The notes under the pieces are model-generated. The model worked only from the letters and a program-made list of their open reading frames with translations, was not told the DNA's origin and made no database searches. DNA of 64,000 nucleotides, taken from Candidatus Aminicenantes bacterium (GTDB taxonomy: Bacteria; Acidobacteriota; Aminicenantia; Aminicenantales; UBA4085). The translations under genes were made by a program, and so were the position numbers. The number at the start of each line of letters is the position of its first letter. Positions within the stretch are counted from its first letter, which is position 1. The DNA lies in the NCBI GenBank assembly GCA_003141555.1, contig PLMN01000009.1, positions 103,497-167,496 on the forward strand. The letters run 5' to 3'. This document shows positions 12,706 through 22,284 of the stretch, piece by piece.

Positions 12706-15384
12706 ATGAAGCCGGCTAAGCTCATCCTTTTGGCAGTGCTGCTTTGGGCGCCCTTTTCCCTCGGGGATCAGGCGAACCCCGCGAACGACAACAAGGCGGA
12801 AGTGGCTCTCCAAGCCGCCATCAAGTCGGAAACGGTCGATGGAAATCTCCGGGCCGCGATCGAGCAGTATCGGAATCTCGCCGAGGGCAGCCATCGCGCC
12901 GTGGCGGCAAAGGCCCTGGTCCGTATGGGTCAATGTTATGAGAAGCTGGGCGATACGCAGGCGCGCCTCGCCTACGAACGAGTGGTGCGGGATTTCGCCG
13001 AGCAGAAAGAAACGGTGGCCGCCCAGGCGCGGCTAGCGGCGCTGAATCACGCGGGAAACGGACCTCCCATGACCGTGCGCCGGGTGTGGACGGGGCCCGA
13101 GGTGGACGCCGGGGGGGCACCGTCCTGGGACGGGCGATACCTCTCTTTCACGTCCTTCAAGGACCGAAACGCCGCCAACATCGCGCTTCGAAACCTGGCC
13201 ACTGGGGAGACTCGCGATCTGACGAAGAATTCCGACGTCCGCCAGTATCCGGCTTATCGCTCCATCATCTCCCCCGACGGCAAGCTCGTCGCGTACGGGT
13301 GGATCACCGAAGAGGCTTCTTGTGACATCCGGCTGATCGGCACCGACGGATTCGGGCAGCGCGTTCTTTACACGAACGAGCATCTGAGCCGCGTCGAGCT
13401 CGGCGCCTGGTCCCCGGACGGCGCCTGCCTTGTCGCCGCGCTCACCGTCAAAGACAAGACCGACAGGAGCGAGACCAACCAGATCGCCTCGATTTCCGTG
13501 GGGGACGGCGCCGTGCATATTCTGAAAACGCTGGGTTCGCGTTGGCCCGAGCCTCGCGCCTTTTCGCCGGACGGGCGCTACATCGCCTGTGATTATCCTC
13601 CGCAGGACGACGCGAACAACCGCGACATCTATCTCCTGGCGGCCGACGGGAGCCAGGAGGTTCCGTTGGTCCAGCATCCCGCCGACGATCAGCTGCTCGG
13701 CTGGATGCCCGACGGCAAGGGCATCCTCTTCGCCAGCGACCGGACGGGCCCCTGGGGAGCCTGGTTCGAACAGGTGGCGGACGGCAAACCGAAAGGAGCG
13801 CCCGAGCTGATCAAGCCGGAGCTGGGGGCCGCCGAGCCCTTGGGCTTCACGCGCGGCGGGTCGTTTATCTATGGAATCGAGACCGGCGGGATGGACGCGT
13901 ACGTCGCTACGCTCGATCCAACCGCATCGCAGCTTCTGGCCGCGCCGGCCCGGATCGACGAGCGCTTCATCGGCAAGAGCCGCTACCCTCTATTCTCCCC
14001 TGACGGGCAATATTTGGCCACCTTCTCGAATGGAGCCGGCGATCGATGGTTCCTTTGCGTCCGCTCCCTCAAAACCGGGGAGGAGCGCGAATTCCCTGTC
14101 CCGCCCGACCTGGAACGCTTGCAAACTCCGCGCTGGGGCTCAAACGGACGGGCGATTCTCGTTTCCGGAGTCGACAAGCAGCTTCTCCACACGGGATTCT
14201 ACCTGATCGATGTTCGAACCGGAGAGACCAGCGCCATCATGTCGAGCAATCCCGAAGCGGACGCGTTGGCCGGTCAATGGACCCCCGACGGGAAGTCGCT
14301 TTTCCTTGCCCGAGCCGGCATCGCCGCGGCCGATCAAGCTTCCCGCGTCCTGCAGCGCGACCCGGCCACCGGAAGAGAACGGGAAATCTATCGCGCCGCC
14401 TCAGGAGCGGACATCACCAACCTGACGCTCTCCCCCGACGGACAGGAGCTGGCGCTCACCCTCAGGTCTTCGAATGGGATCCGGTCCTTCGACGAGCTTT
14501 GGGTCATGTCAGCCCAAGGCGCGGACGCTCAAAAGCTCCTAAGTCTGAATGGTCGTGAAACCATCCGGCGTGACGGGCTGGTGTGGACACCGGACGGGCG
14601 AGCCCTGCTGTTCGCCAAAGCAATAGAAACATCAAGGCACGCGTCCAAGCTGGAGCTTTGGCGGGCTTCCCCATGGGAAAAAGAACCCCAAAAGGTGGGC
14701 GTCTTGGCTTCCGAGACGGCCATCGGCGACGGTTCCGCCGGATTGGCTATCCATCCCGACGGAAAGAGCATCGCCTTCCACGCCGGACAGCGGAAGCCGG
14801 AAGTCTGGACGATGGAGAACTTCCAACCGGCGCCAAAAGCCGCCGCGTACTTGAACATCTTGCATGAGTTGACTATGGAAGCCTGGATCAATACTTCAAG
14901 CATAGGCCCCTCTAATCAAACGATCTTGGCGAAGGGGAATATCAACTATGACGGAATCGCCTATGCTTTAAGCTTAACACCCCAGGGCAAAGTAGTGGGG
15001 GGGGTCAGACACAGTCATACTTTTTATGGCGACGGAGGGGACTGGAGTATCGACGGCATTGTTACCGATACGGTTCTTCGTCCGAACACCTGGTATCATC
15101 TGGCCTGCACGATCTATTCTTCCAGGAGTGCGAGCATTTATGTGAATGGCGCGTTATCAAAAACGGGGCCCATCACCCAATCGATACTTTCCAGGCCGAC
15201 GGAACCATTGCACATCGGTTCGTCGTTGAATTATGGGACGCCCGGTTTTCGCTTCAACGGTTTGATAGATGAGGTGGCGATCTATGATCATGTTCTTTCC
15301 GCGGATGAGATCCAGCAGAGCTATCTCGCCGGATTGCCAAGGCACAAGGGCCCGGCCGGGAATCCGAGCCCGACGGCTGAATAA
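12706..15384 (+). CDS. Secreted TPR + TolB/PD40-like beta-propeller protein with C-terminal LamG (ConA-like) domain
   Basis: Signal peptide, TPR-like helices, many (W/F)SPDG repeats; C-terminal WYHLACT...FNGLIDEVAIYDHVLSADEI (LamG_3-like). Confidence 0.82.
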   Translation: MKPAKLILLAVLLWAPFSLGDQANPANDNKAEVALQAAIKSETVDGNLRAAIEQYRNLAEGSHRAVAAKALVRMGQCYEKLGDTQARLAYERVVRDFAEQKETVAAQARLAALNHAGNGPPMTVRRVWTGPEVDAGGAPSWDGRYLSFTSFKDRNAANIALRNLATGETRDLTKNSDVRQYPAYRSIISPDGKLVAYGWITEEASCDIRLIGTDGFGQRVLYTNEHLSRVELGAWSPDGACLVAALTVKDKTDRSETNQIASISVGDGAVHILKTLGSRWPEPRAFSPDGRYIACDYPPQDDANNRDIYLLAADGSQEVPLVQHPADDQLLGWMPDGKGILFASDRTGPWGAWFEQVADGKPKGAPELIKPELGAAEPLGFTRGGSFIYGIETGGMDAYVATLDPTASQLLAAPARIDERFIGKSRYPLFSPDGQYLATFSNGAGDRWFLCVRSLKTGEEREFPVPPDLERLQTPRWGSNGRAILVSGVDKQLLHTGFYLIDVRTGETSAIMSSNPEADALAGQWTPDGKSLFLARAGIAAADQASRVLQRDPATGREREIYRAASGADITNLTLSPDGQELALTLRSSNGIRSFDELWVMSAQGADAQKLLSLNGRETIRRDGLVWTPDGRALLFAKAIETSRHASKLELWRASPWEKEPQKVGVLASETAIGDGSAGLAIHPDGKSIAFHAGQRKPEVWTMENFQPAPKAAAYLNILHELTMEAWINTSSIGPSNQTILAKGNINYDGIAYALSLTPQGKVVGGVRHSHTFYGDGGDWSIDGIVTDTVLRPNTWYHLACTIYSSRSASIYVNGALSKTGPITQSILSRPTEPLHIGSSLNYGTPGFRFNGLIDEVAIYDHVLSADEIQQSYLAGLPRHKGPAGNPSPTAE

Positions 15385-15392
15385 GACCAAAT

Positions 15393-15437
15393 CCTGACTA
15401 TAGCGCGGATACTAACCTGACAATGGAGCCGTAACAT
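15393..15437 (+). promoter_or_regulatory. Direct-repeat operator/promoter copy 2
   Basis: CCTGAC at 15393 and 15416, TAACAT at 15432; near-identical to copy 3. Confidence 0.7.
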
Positions 15438-15459
15438 GGGGGGGCGTGAGAGTATCCCT

Positions 15460-17487
15460 ATGAGGTTAGCGAGGGGGGGGGTCTTGGTTGGCCTTCTCTG
15501 CATCACACTCTCCGCGGGGTACTTGGCGAGCCAGACGAAGGACGACAAGGCGGAGGTGGCGCTCCAGGCCGCCATTAAAACAGAAATCGTAGATGGAGAC
15601 TTGAGGGGCGCCATCGAGCAATACAAGAAGATCGCCGCGCAGCCCGGCGCCGGCCGGGCCACGGTTGCGACCGCCCTGCTGCGAATGGGCCAGTGCTACG
15701 AAAAGCTGGGCGCCGCGGATACGCGAGAAGCTCGCAAGGCGTACGAGCAGGTGGTGCGCGAATACGCCGATCAGGCCGGGATTGTGGCCCAGGCGCGGGT
15801 AAGGCTCGTGGCGCTAAGCGGTCCCGGCGCCGGTGGACTCGTCACCCGCCGGGTTCTCACGGACGCCTCCGGAGTCGGCGGGGTCTTGACCGCGGACGGC
15901 AAATCCATCAGAGGCATGGACTGGGACACGGGTGACGTGGTCCAGTTCGAAGTTGCCGGCGGACAGACGAGGCGGATCACAAATAGGTTACCCTGGAGCG
16001 ATAAAGGGAACACCTTCGGTGACCAAGCGTTTTCACGCGACGGAAAACAAATCGCCTACGACTGCGTCGTCCTTTCGGATACGAAGGACTGGGTCCCTCA
16101 GCTGCGGATGAGAAACCTGGATGGTTCGGGTCTTCGCACGCTTTGCGCCGAGAAAGACACGTACATCTATCCCTTGGACTGGTCGCCTGACGCAGGGTCC
16201 ATCCTCGCCTATCGCGAGCGCAACAAGGCGAAAGAGCTAACGCTGATCTCGACAGCGGACGGCTCGATGCGCGTCCTGAGGAGTATGACATCGAACTGGG
16301 TCAGTGCCCGTTTCTCGCCCGACGGGCGATTTGTCGCATTCAGTTCCGTGCAAGAGGGCAGCCCACCCCAGGGCGATCTCTTCCTGATGGCCGCCGATGG
16401 CCGGAATGAGGTCGTTGTCGCCGGGCACCCCGCGAAGGATCAATTGCTTGGATGGACGCCGGGCGGGACGGGCCTTGTCTTCCTCAGCGACCGCTCGGGG
16501 ACATGGGACATCTGGACCGTTCCCATCATCGGGGGGAAGCAGCAAGGAGAGCCGGAGCTGCTGAAAGAGAACTTCGGCTATGATGCCGAGGTTCTCGGCT
16601 TTGCCCCCGATGGCTCCTGTTATTACAAGACGGACACCTCTTCAGGTCGCTTCTACAATGGTGAGCTCGACCTTGAAACCGGCAAGGTGCTCGTGTCCCC
16701 CACGCCGGTCACGACGCGATATACCGGCCCGCCGTCGCAGCCGACATGGTCGCCCGACGGCAGGAACCTGGCCTACATTTCTCGCCGGCGTACCGCCGTT
16801 CCCGGAAACAACATCCTTACGATCCGGTCCGGCGCAACCGGGAAAGAGCACTTTCTGTCGCCCCGTCTTCGTTTCGTGAACCAGATCTCCTGGGCGCCGG
16901 ACGGCCGGTCCGTCATCGCTCTCGGGATTTCGGAGACGGAATTGGGAATCTTCCGAATTGACGCGGAAACAAGCGAGATCACGAAGTTGGGAGTGCGGGC
17001 GGCGGCCCCCAAGCTCTGCCCGGATGGGAAGACCCTGGTGTTCGTGACGGATGGGCTAAGCATCAGGAAACGCAATATCGAAACCGGCGAGGAATCGGAA
17101 GTTATTAAAGCAGGGCAAATGTCCTACGACCTTTCGCCGGACGGCCGGGAAATCGTGTTCCAGGTGGATGGCGCCGTAAAGACCGCGCCCCTCAACGGAG
17201 GGGAACCGCGGGAGCTATTTCGCGGTTTGGCGAAGTCCTACGGCCTGAGGTGGACGCAGGACGGCCGTTACATCATCGCCCGGGCAGTCGGTACCGCGAG
17301 CAGTGAAATCTGGCGTGTTCGGGCGCAAGGCGGGACGCCGCTGAAGTTGGACCTCTCCGTTCCAAAGCTGCTGTTCTTCGCGCTTCATCCGGACAACCGC
17401 CGCTTTGTGTTCAGCGTCGATGAGGGGTCGAAGAGCGAGCTGTGGGTGATGGAGAACTTCCTGCCGCCGACGAAAATCGTCAAGTAG
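15460..17487 (+). CDS. Secreted TPR + TolB/PD40-like beta-propeller protein (paralogue of 12706..15384, no LamG)
   Basis: Shares KAEVALQAAIK.E.VDG.LR.AIEQY, LRMGQCYEKLG and W.MENF with the upstream gene. Start placed at 15460 because ATG 15436 overlaps the -10 box. Confidence 0.82.
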   Translation: MRLARGGVLVGLLCITLSAGYLASQTKDDKAEVALQAAIKTEIVDGDLRGAIEQYKKIAAQPGAGRATVATALLRMGQCYEKLGAADTREARKAYEQVVREYADQAGIVAQARVRLVALSGPGAGGLVTRRVLTDASGVGGVLTADGKSIRGMDWDTGDVVQFEVAGGQTRRITNRLPWSDKGNTFGDQAFSRDGKQIAYDCVVLSDTKDWVPQLRMRNLDGSGLRTLCAEKDTYIYPLDWSPDAGSILAYRERNKAKELTLISTADGSMRVLRSMTSNWVSARFSPDGRFVAFSSVQEGSPPQGDLFLMAADGRNEVVVAGHPAKDQLLGWTPGGTGLVFLSDRSGTWDIWTVPIIGGKQQGEPELLKENFGYDAEVLGFAPDGSCYYKTDTSSGRFYNGELDLETGKVLVSPTPVTTRYTGPPSQPTWSPDGRNLAYISRRRTAVPGNNILTIRSGATGKEHFLSPRLRFVNQISWAPDGRSVIALGISETELGIFRIDAETSEITKLGVRAAAPKLCPDGKTLVFVTDGLSIRKRNIETGEESEVIKAGQMSYDLSPDGREIVFQVDGAVKTAPLNGGEPRELFRGLAKSYGLRWTQDGRYIIARAVGTASSEIWRVRAQGGTPLKLDLSVPKLLFFALHPDNRRFVFSVDEGSKSELWVMENFLPPTKIVK

Positions 17488-17574
17488 GACATAACCAAGC
17501 CCTTCCGCCCGGGCGAGCTGCGCGAGCCCATCAAGATGGCGTTACGCAGGATGGAAGACCGTTTCGCCGGCTGA
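17488..17574 (+). pseudogene. Degenerate fragment of an OmpR-type response regulator
   Basis: Translates DITKPFRPGELREPIKMALRRMEDRFAG*, versus YVTKPFSPRELRARIKAALRR...YRFDG* in 12008..12682; DNA similarity to 12301-12365. Confidence 0.7.
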
Positions 17575-17586
17575 ATAAAACACAAT

Positions 17587-17631
17587 CCTGACAATAGCGC
17601 GGATAATACCCTGACAATGGAGCCGTAATAT
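17587..17631 (+). promoter_or_regulatory. Direct-repeat operator/promoter copy 3
   Basis: CCTGACAAT at 17587 and 17610, TAATAT at 17626. Confidence 0.7.
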
Positions 17632-17713
17632 GAGGGCAGGGGAAAATCCAGAAGGACATAAGGAGAAAAAAATGGGAAAAGAAAACGATCATCGCGATTC
17701 TAAAGGAGGAGTT

Positions 17714-18625
17714 ATGACCAAACACCGCACTTTGAAGGCCGTTGGATTCTTCGTCGTCTTGGTCGCCGTTCTGGCATTCTTAGCCCTTCCTAAAAGCCAG
17801 GCCGGTGCTGCAAAACCTATCAGGTGGCAGGCAACTATCTTGCCTGGCGGGAATTTGATAGGGTCTGGACCATTCGTCGGTGGCCAGGATCAGGTGAATA
17901 TCAACAATGGAGTGGGAACAAACAGCACCCCATGCAGTGCTACCGGAACCTCTGGCGCTTACTCTTACCTTGAGCTGCAGGTCTTCAATCCGAGTTTGCT
18001 GTTCAACATAGGTGGCTTTTTAAATTCGGGTAATCCTGCTCCTGCTTCTTACGGATTTCCAAATACCGACACCGCCTGGCCGAATTGCATCGCAAGTTTC
18101 TTAAACGCTTATCCTCAGCCAACCGCAGACTATCCGCATATCATCTTGAGATTCACGACATGTGGATGCGCTAACTCTATCACGGATTTAATGGCAATGA
18201 AGGATGGCGACATTCTCCCGGTCCACATGGAGCTCCTGTTCTTTTCTCATATCTGGGGTTGCCCGCCAAGCTCTCCATATACCCAAGAAACGTTTCTCAA
18301 TCTCGAGATGCATGCTCATGGGTATAAGGGAAGCATTCCTGCTGATATTAACGGTAGCACTTATGATGTTTACATCAAGAAAGTTGGCAACACATGGACA
18401 GCCTATGTGGATACAGTCTTCAATAATCCGACTTACCAGAAGTCCCTTGCTGATTACACTTCAGCTGACTGGCCCTTGACAATTAGCGATAATATCGTTG
18501 GACAATATGCCACGTGCGAGCAGGTCCCAGCAGCGAAGGGCAAAAAAGCGACCTGGACCACGACATATCATTACCCCTGGGCAAAAACACATTTGAATTT
18601 CCAGATCGCATTTACGAAATCTTGA
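17714..18625 (+). CDS. Secreted Cys-containing hypothetical protein, AT-rich
   Basis: SD AAAGGAGGAG before ATG 17714; signal peptide ending SQA/AGA; codon usage visibly more AT-rich than neighbours; followed by a hairpin. Confidence 0.72.
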   Translation: MTKHRTLKAVGFFVVLVAVLAFLALPKSQAGAAKPIRWQATILPGGNLIGSGPFVGGQDQVNINNGVGTNSTPCSATGTSGAYSYLELQVFNPSLLFNIGGFLNSGNPAPASYGFPNTDTAWPNCIASFLNAYPQPTADYPHIILRFTTCGCANSITDLMAMKDGDILPVHMELLFFSHIWGCPPSSPYTQETFLNLEMHAHGYKGSIPADINGSTYDVYIKKVGNTWTAYVDTVFNNPTYQKSLADYTSADWPLTISDNIVGQYATCEQVPAAKGKKATWTTTYHYPWAKTHLNFQIAFTKS

Positions 18626-18641
18626 CGCGAACGGTACGGAT

Positions 18642-18676
18642 CGAGTCCGGAGGCGGGGGGCCTCCGGACTCGGTTT
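18642..18676 (+). terminator. Rho-independent terminator-like hairpin
   Basis: CGAGTCCGGAGGC-loop-GCCTCCGGACTCG (13 bp stem) then GTTT, 16 nt after the stop. Confidence 0.7.
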
Positions 18677-18944
18677 GCCTGGGTCTTCGAATTGGCCAAA
18701 ATCTTGAGAACCTCTAACATCTTTTTTCGCGGCCTCGAGAAGATCTAAAAAGCCGGGGCCGGACGACCTGAAAATCGCCTGGAAGATGCAAGACACTCGC
18801 CCTCCTCATTCAATTGTGGCGGGCCAGGGGTGACGGCACGCTGGATCTGGCGATTAAAATAACTACCGAAAGAATCCTGGCGGCCGTTCAGAATATCTTG
18901 AAGTGAAAGAAAAGTCCCTGACGAGGACGGAAGGCTTAGTTCTG

Positions 18945-19062
18945 TATGAAAGCGCGACGCGGCCCGGCATCGGCCGGGCCGCGTTCGCGACCGCCCTCTT
19001 CCCCCCTGCGGGCGGTTCCCGCCTTTTCTGGTTCCGAGAAGTTCGTTAACACCTTAATTCTC
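18945..19062 (-). ncRNA. Candidate small RNA (or promoter-terminator scar of a deleted gene)
   Basis: Lies between promoter copy 4 and a 12-bp GC hairpin (18957-18984) followed on the minus strand by CGCGCTTTCAT; internal ACCGCCC/GGGCGGT stem; no credible ORF. Confidence 0.35.
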
Positions 19063-19068
19063 GCCTTC

Positions 19069-19112
19069 ATGTTACGACCCTCGTGTCAGGTTCTTATCGC
19101 TCTCTTGTCAGG
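19069..19112 (-). promoter_or_regulatory. Direct-repeat operator/promoter copy 4 (minus strand)
   Basis: Reverse complement CCAAATCCTGACAAGAGAGCGATAAGAACCTGACACGAGGGTCGTAACATG aligns with copy 2 CCAAATCCTGACTATAGCGCGGATACTAACCTGACAATGGAGCCGTAACATG. Confidence 0.68.
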
Positions 19113-19120
19113 ATTTGGCT

Positions 19121-20210
19121 TTATTTCGCGAACGACACGCGGATCTTGAAGGCCCCGCGCGGCGTTGAGAGGCTCAGCGTTTCCCCGGAGAAGGTCGTCA
19201 CGGCCGACCCGTTGACCTCTACGGCCCGGATGGGCTTCCCGTCCGGATGCCGAAACCGGATCATCATGTTGCGCGGCGATCTTCGGGCCGGGGCCGTCAC
19301 CTCGGCCAGAATCTCTCCCTTTTCGGCGCGCGATTCATAGGAAAAAGAAACTGGCCCGAACTTTGTCGGCGCACCGCTCACCTCGATCCTGTTCGCCGCC
19401 TTGAGCCAAGGCCTTGGCACGGCCTGGCCTATCCAGAGGTCGTCCCCATCCTCGCGGAGGAGCATCATCCTGAGGAGCCGGAGCTGTTGCGTGCACGAGT
19501 AAAGATGAGGGAGCGTCGACTCGTTGTCCCCGGTCACGTGGTGGGTCACCTCGACCCCCGAGAAGGTCTCCCGGGACATGCCATAGGCCAGGGAGCCGTA
19601 GAAGCCGAGGATGACCGGCTTCACCCGGTCGAGCTTGAGCGAATCAAGCCAGTAGCCGTAGGTGTAGGCGTGGTCGATGCCGCCGTCGAATTCGCTCATC
19701 CCAAGGCGCAGACCACCCCGATTTTCCATGAAATCCATGACCATCGCCGCCCGCGCGTCGGCCGCCGGCAGGAATTCGCTCTCCAGCATGCAGCTGGCGA
19801 TGAGGCCGTAACATCCCCCGCTCCGGTATTTAGAGTCCTTCAGAATCCGGTGCGTCTCGGGCTCCATCGGGAGGACCTTCCGTCCGTCGAGGACGAAGGC
19901 CGCAGCGTACTCCTTCTCCGGAATCTCCCGGAATGCCGCATTTTTCAGATCGAACGGGACCTTGAGGAATATTTTCGCCGGGCGGTTCTCGGCGGCTTTA
20001 ATCTCCCAGCTCTTTTCTGAATTCGCCCCGATCGGAGGCGTGACGCGGAATCGCGCGTCGATCGACCGGCCCTGGGGGCCGTCGGCTTTCGCTTCGAGCG
20101 CGACATACGCCCAGAGCTCGGCCTCCGGGCTCAAGGATCCCTATCGCGGCGATCCCGGCGATGGCGACAACAGCCTTCACGGGTGCGGTTCCATGGTGGG
20201 TGATCTTCAC
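19121..20210 (-). pseudogene. Probably disrupted secreted glycoside hydrolase-like (six-hairpin barrel C-terminus + beta-sandwich) gene
   Basis: SD AAAGGA + GTG 20210 gives signal-like VKITHHGTAPVKAVVAIAGIAAIGIL in one frame. The 337-aa frame 19121..20134 has only the C-terminal part (LLRMMLLREDGDDLWIGQAVPRPWL...APTKFGPVSF). Frameshift near 20135. Confidence 0.5.
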
Positions 20211-20400
20211 GTTCGAATCCTTTCGCCCGGTTCCCCCGGCGACCTTATTCACAGCGGATTGCCGAAAGCCCGTCAATCGAATCCGAACCTCAACGAAATT
20301 CTTTACACATCACGACTCCGCGTATTAAATTGACGTTCGGATCATGACGGGATCACCCGGATCGCGGGAGAAATGAAAAGGTCTCGACAGAGAGGCTCAC

Positions 20401-21321
20401 ATGTCGATCGTATGCATCGGACAGCTCGTCGCGGACATCGTCGTCCGGCCCATCGAGAAGCTCCCCTACCCCGGCCGGACGGAGGCGGTTGAGGACCTGG
20501 ACCTCCTTTCGGGAGGGTGCGCGGCCAACACGGCGGCGGTCCTGGCCAAGCTCGGCGCGGAGGCGAGCCTGGTCGCGCTCATCGGCCGGGATGCCTTCGG
20601 CGACGCGGCTCTCGCCGATCTCAAGCGGGCCGGCGTCGACGTCGAAGCCGTGAGGCGGGAGGCTGCCTGGCCGACGTCCGTGTCCATCGTCATGATCGAT
20701 CCCAAAGGCGAGCGATCCTTCTTTTATCGGTCCGGCGGGTGCGAACAGCTGACCGGCGATCACGTGCCCGATGCCGTCCTGAAGCGGGCCGAGATCGTCC
20801 ACATCGGCGGGGCGATGAAGCTCCTGAAGCTCGACCTGGAAAAGCTCGCGAGCCGGGCGAAATCCTTCGGCTGCCTCACCTCGCTCGACACGGATTGGGA
20901 TGTCTACGGCAACTGGATGAAGGTCCTCCAGGGCGCGCTCCCGAACATCGATTACCTCTTCACCAACGAGGAAGAGGCCGCCGTGCTGAGCGGGAAAGAC
21001 GATCCGCGAGAGGCGGCGAAGGAATTGCGGGGGCGCGGCCCCAAGGTCGTGGCGGTCAAGCGCGGGGAGCGGGGCGCCATCCTGGCCACGGGGGACGGCA
21101 TCTCGGATTTCCCGGCCTATCGCGTCGCGGTCAAGGACACGACCTGCGCCGGCGACGCCTTCGCGGCGGGGTTCCTGCGGGGCGTCAGCCTGGGTCGGCC
21201 CCTCGACGAATCGGCCCGCCTGGGCAATGCGGCCGGGGCCCTATGCACGACCCGGGTCAGCCACCGGGGGATTGCCTCGTTCGAGCAAGTGCGGCGGCTG
21301 GTCGACGAACAGGCCCCGTGA
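20401..21321 (+). CDS. PfkB-family carbohydrate kinase
   Basis: GG.AAN.A..LAKLG, N.EEA, VKRGERG and DTTCAGDAF motifs. Confidence 0.92.
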   Translation: MSIVCIGQLVADIVVRPIEKLPYPGRTEAVEDLDLLSGGCAANTAAVLAKLGAEASLVALIGRDAFGDAALADLKRAGVDVEAVRREAAWPTSVSIVMIDPKGERSFFYRSGGCEQLTGDHVPDAVLKRAEIVHIGGAMKLLKLDLEKLASRAKSFGCLTSLDTDWDVYGNWMKVLQGALPNIDYLFTNEEEAAVLSGKDDPREAAKELRGRGPKVVAVKRGERGAILATGDGISDFPAYRVAVKDTTCAGDAFAAGFLRGVSLGRPLDESARLGNAAGALCTTRVSHRGIASFEQVRRLVDEQAP

Positions 21322-21367
21322 CGACGCGCAGGCCGGTCCCGGCCGTCCCGGCGCTTCTCAGCCCTCC

Positions 21368-22144
21368 TCACTTGCGATGAAGTGATTCATCGACCTCATG
21401 TTTGGCGGCGATGGGGCTCAGGGGCGGCTCGATGCGACGGCCCTCTCCGAAATACGGCGAGCCGCTCGGCGCGGCCCAGCGCGCGGCATTGGCGATGATC
21501 CTTCGCACCCTGGAATCGTGATAGATGGGAAAAGTCTCGTGGCCCGGGCCGAAGTAGAAGATCTTTCCCTTTCCGCGGCGGAACGTGCAGCCCGAGCGGA
21601 ACACCTCTCCCCCTTCGTACCAGCTGAGGAAGATGATCTCGGCCGGCTGGGGGATGTCGAAGAATTCCCCGTACATCTCGGTGTGCGGCAGCTCGAAGAA
21701 TTCGCCCTCGAGCCCGTCGGCGATGGGGTGGGAGGGATCGATCGTCCAGATCCTCTCCTTTTCGGCGGCCTCGCGCCAGCGGAGCATGCAGCTCGTCCCC
21801 ATCAGGCGGCGAAAGATCTTGGAAGCATGGGCCGAATGAAGCACCAGGAGTCCCATCCCTTCCAGCACGCGTTGGTGGACCCGGTCGACGACGGCCTCGC
21901 TCACCCGGTCGTGAGCTGCATGTCCCCACCAGGTGAGAACGTCGGTCTGGGAGAGGACGTCAGGGGATAAGCCGTGCTCGGGCTGGTCGAGCGTGGCCGT
22001 GCGGACATCCACCGCCCCGCCGAGCTGCTCCCTCAGCGCTTCGGCGAGAACCGCGTGAATCCCCCGGGGATAGATCTCCATAGGCCGGGCGGCGGTCCGC
22101 TCGTGGATGAATTCATTCCAGACGGTGACATGGAGACGTTTCAT
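21368..22144 (-). CDS. thuA: ThuA (trehalose utilisation)-domain protein
   Basis: VTVWNEF.HE, WWGH.AH, LHSAH.SK.F, EMYGEFFDIP and YF.PGHET motifs; start at ATG 22144. Confidence 0.88.
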   Translation of the reverse strand: MKRLHVTVWNEFIHERTAARPMEIYPRGIHAVLAEALREQLGGAVDVRTATLDQPEHGLSPDVLSQTDVLTWWGHAAHDRVSEAVVDRVHQRVLEGMGLLVLHSAHASKIFRRLMGTSCMLRWREAAEKERIWTIDPSHPIADGLEGEFFELPHTEMYGEFFDIPQPAEIIFLSWYEGGEVFRSGCTFRRGKGKIFYFGPGHETFPIYHDSRVRRIIANAARWAAPSGSPYFGEGRRIEPPLSPIAAKHEVDESLHRK

Positions 22145-22284
22145 GACCCTTCGTTCGCGTGGGCGGCGCGTCCAGAAAATAACGCCGTTCGGCGGGGAAG
22201 TCAAGGATTGACAGGATGGAAGCAAGTGAGATAAAAACACAAAAGGGCCTTCAGGCTATCCCGGGAAACAAGGGAGAAAAGACG

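Noticed and set aside
18680-18906. Possible gene remnant ending ...DGTLDLAIKITTERILAAVQNILK*
   Set aside because: Protein-like but interrupted, and I cannot assign a family without a search.
18936-19070. 44-aa minus-strand ORF MKARIKVLTNFSEPEK...
   Set aside because: Its ATG overlaps the predicted -10 box and it reads through the terminator-like hairpin.
15385-19120. Repeated ~50-bp intergenic elements as CRISPR repeats, attC sites or IS ends
   Set aside because: Kilobases apart, non-palindromic, and no cas, integrase or transposase nearby; each ends in a -10 hexamer, so a promoter fits better.
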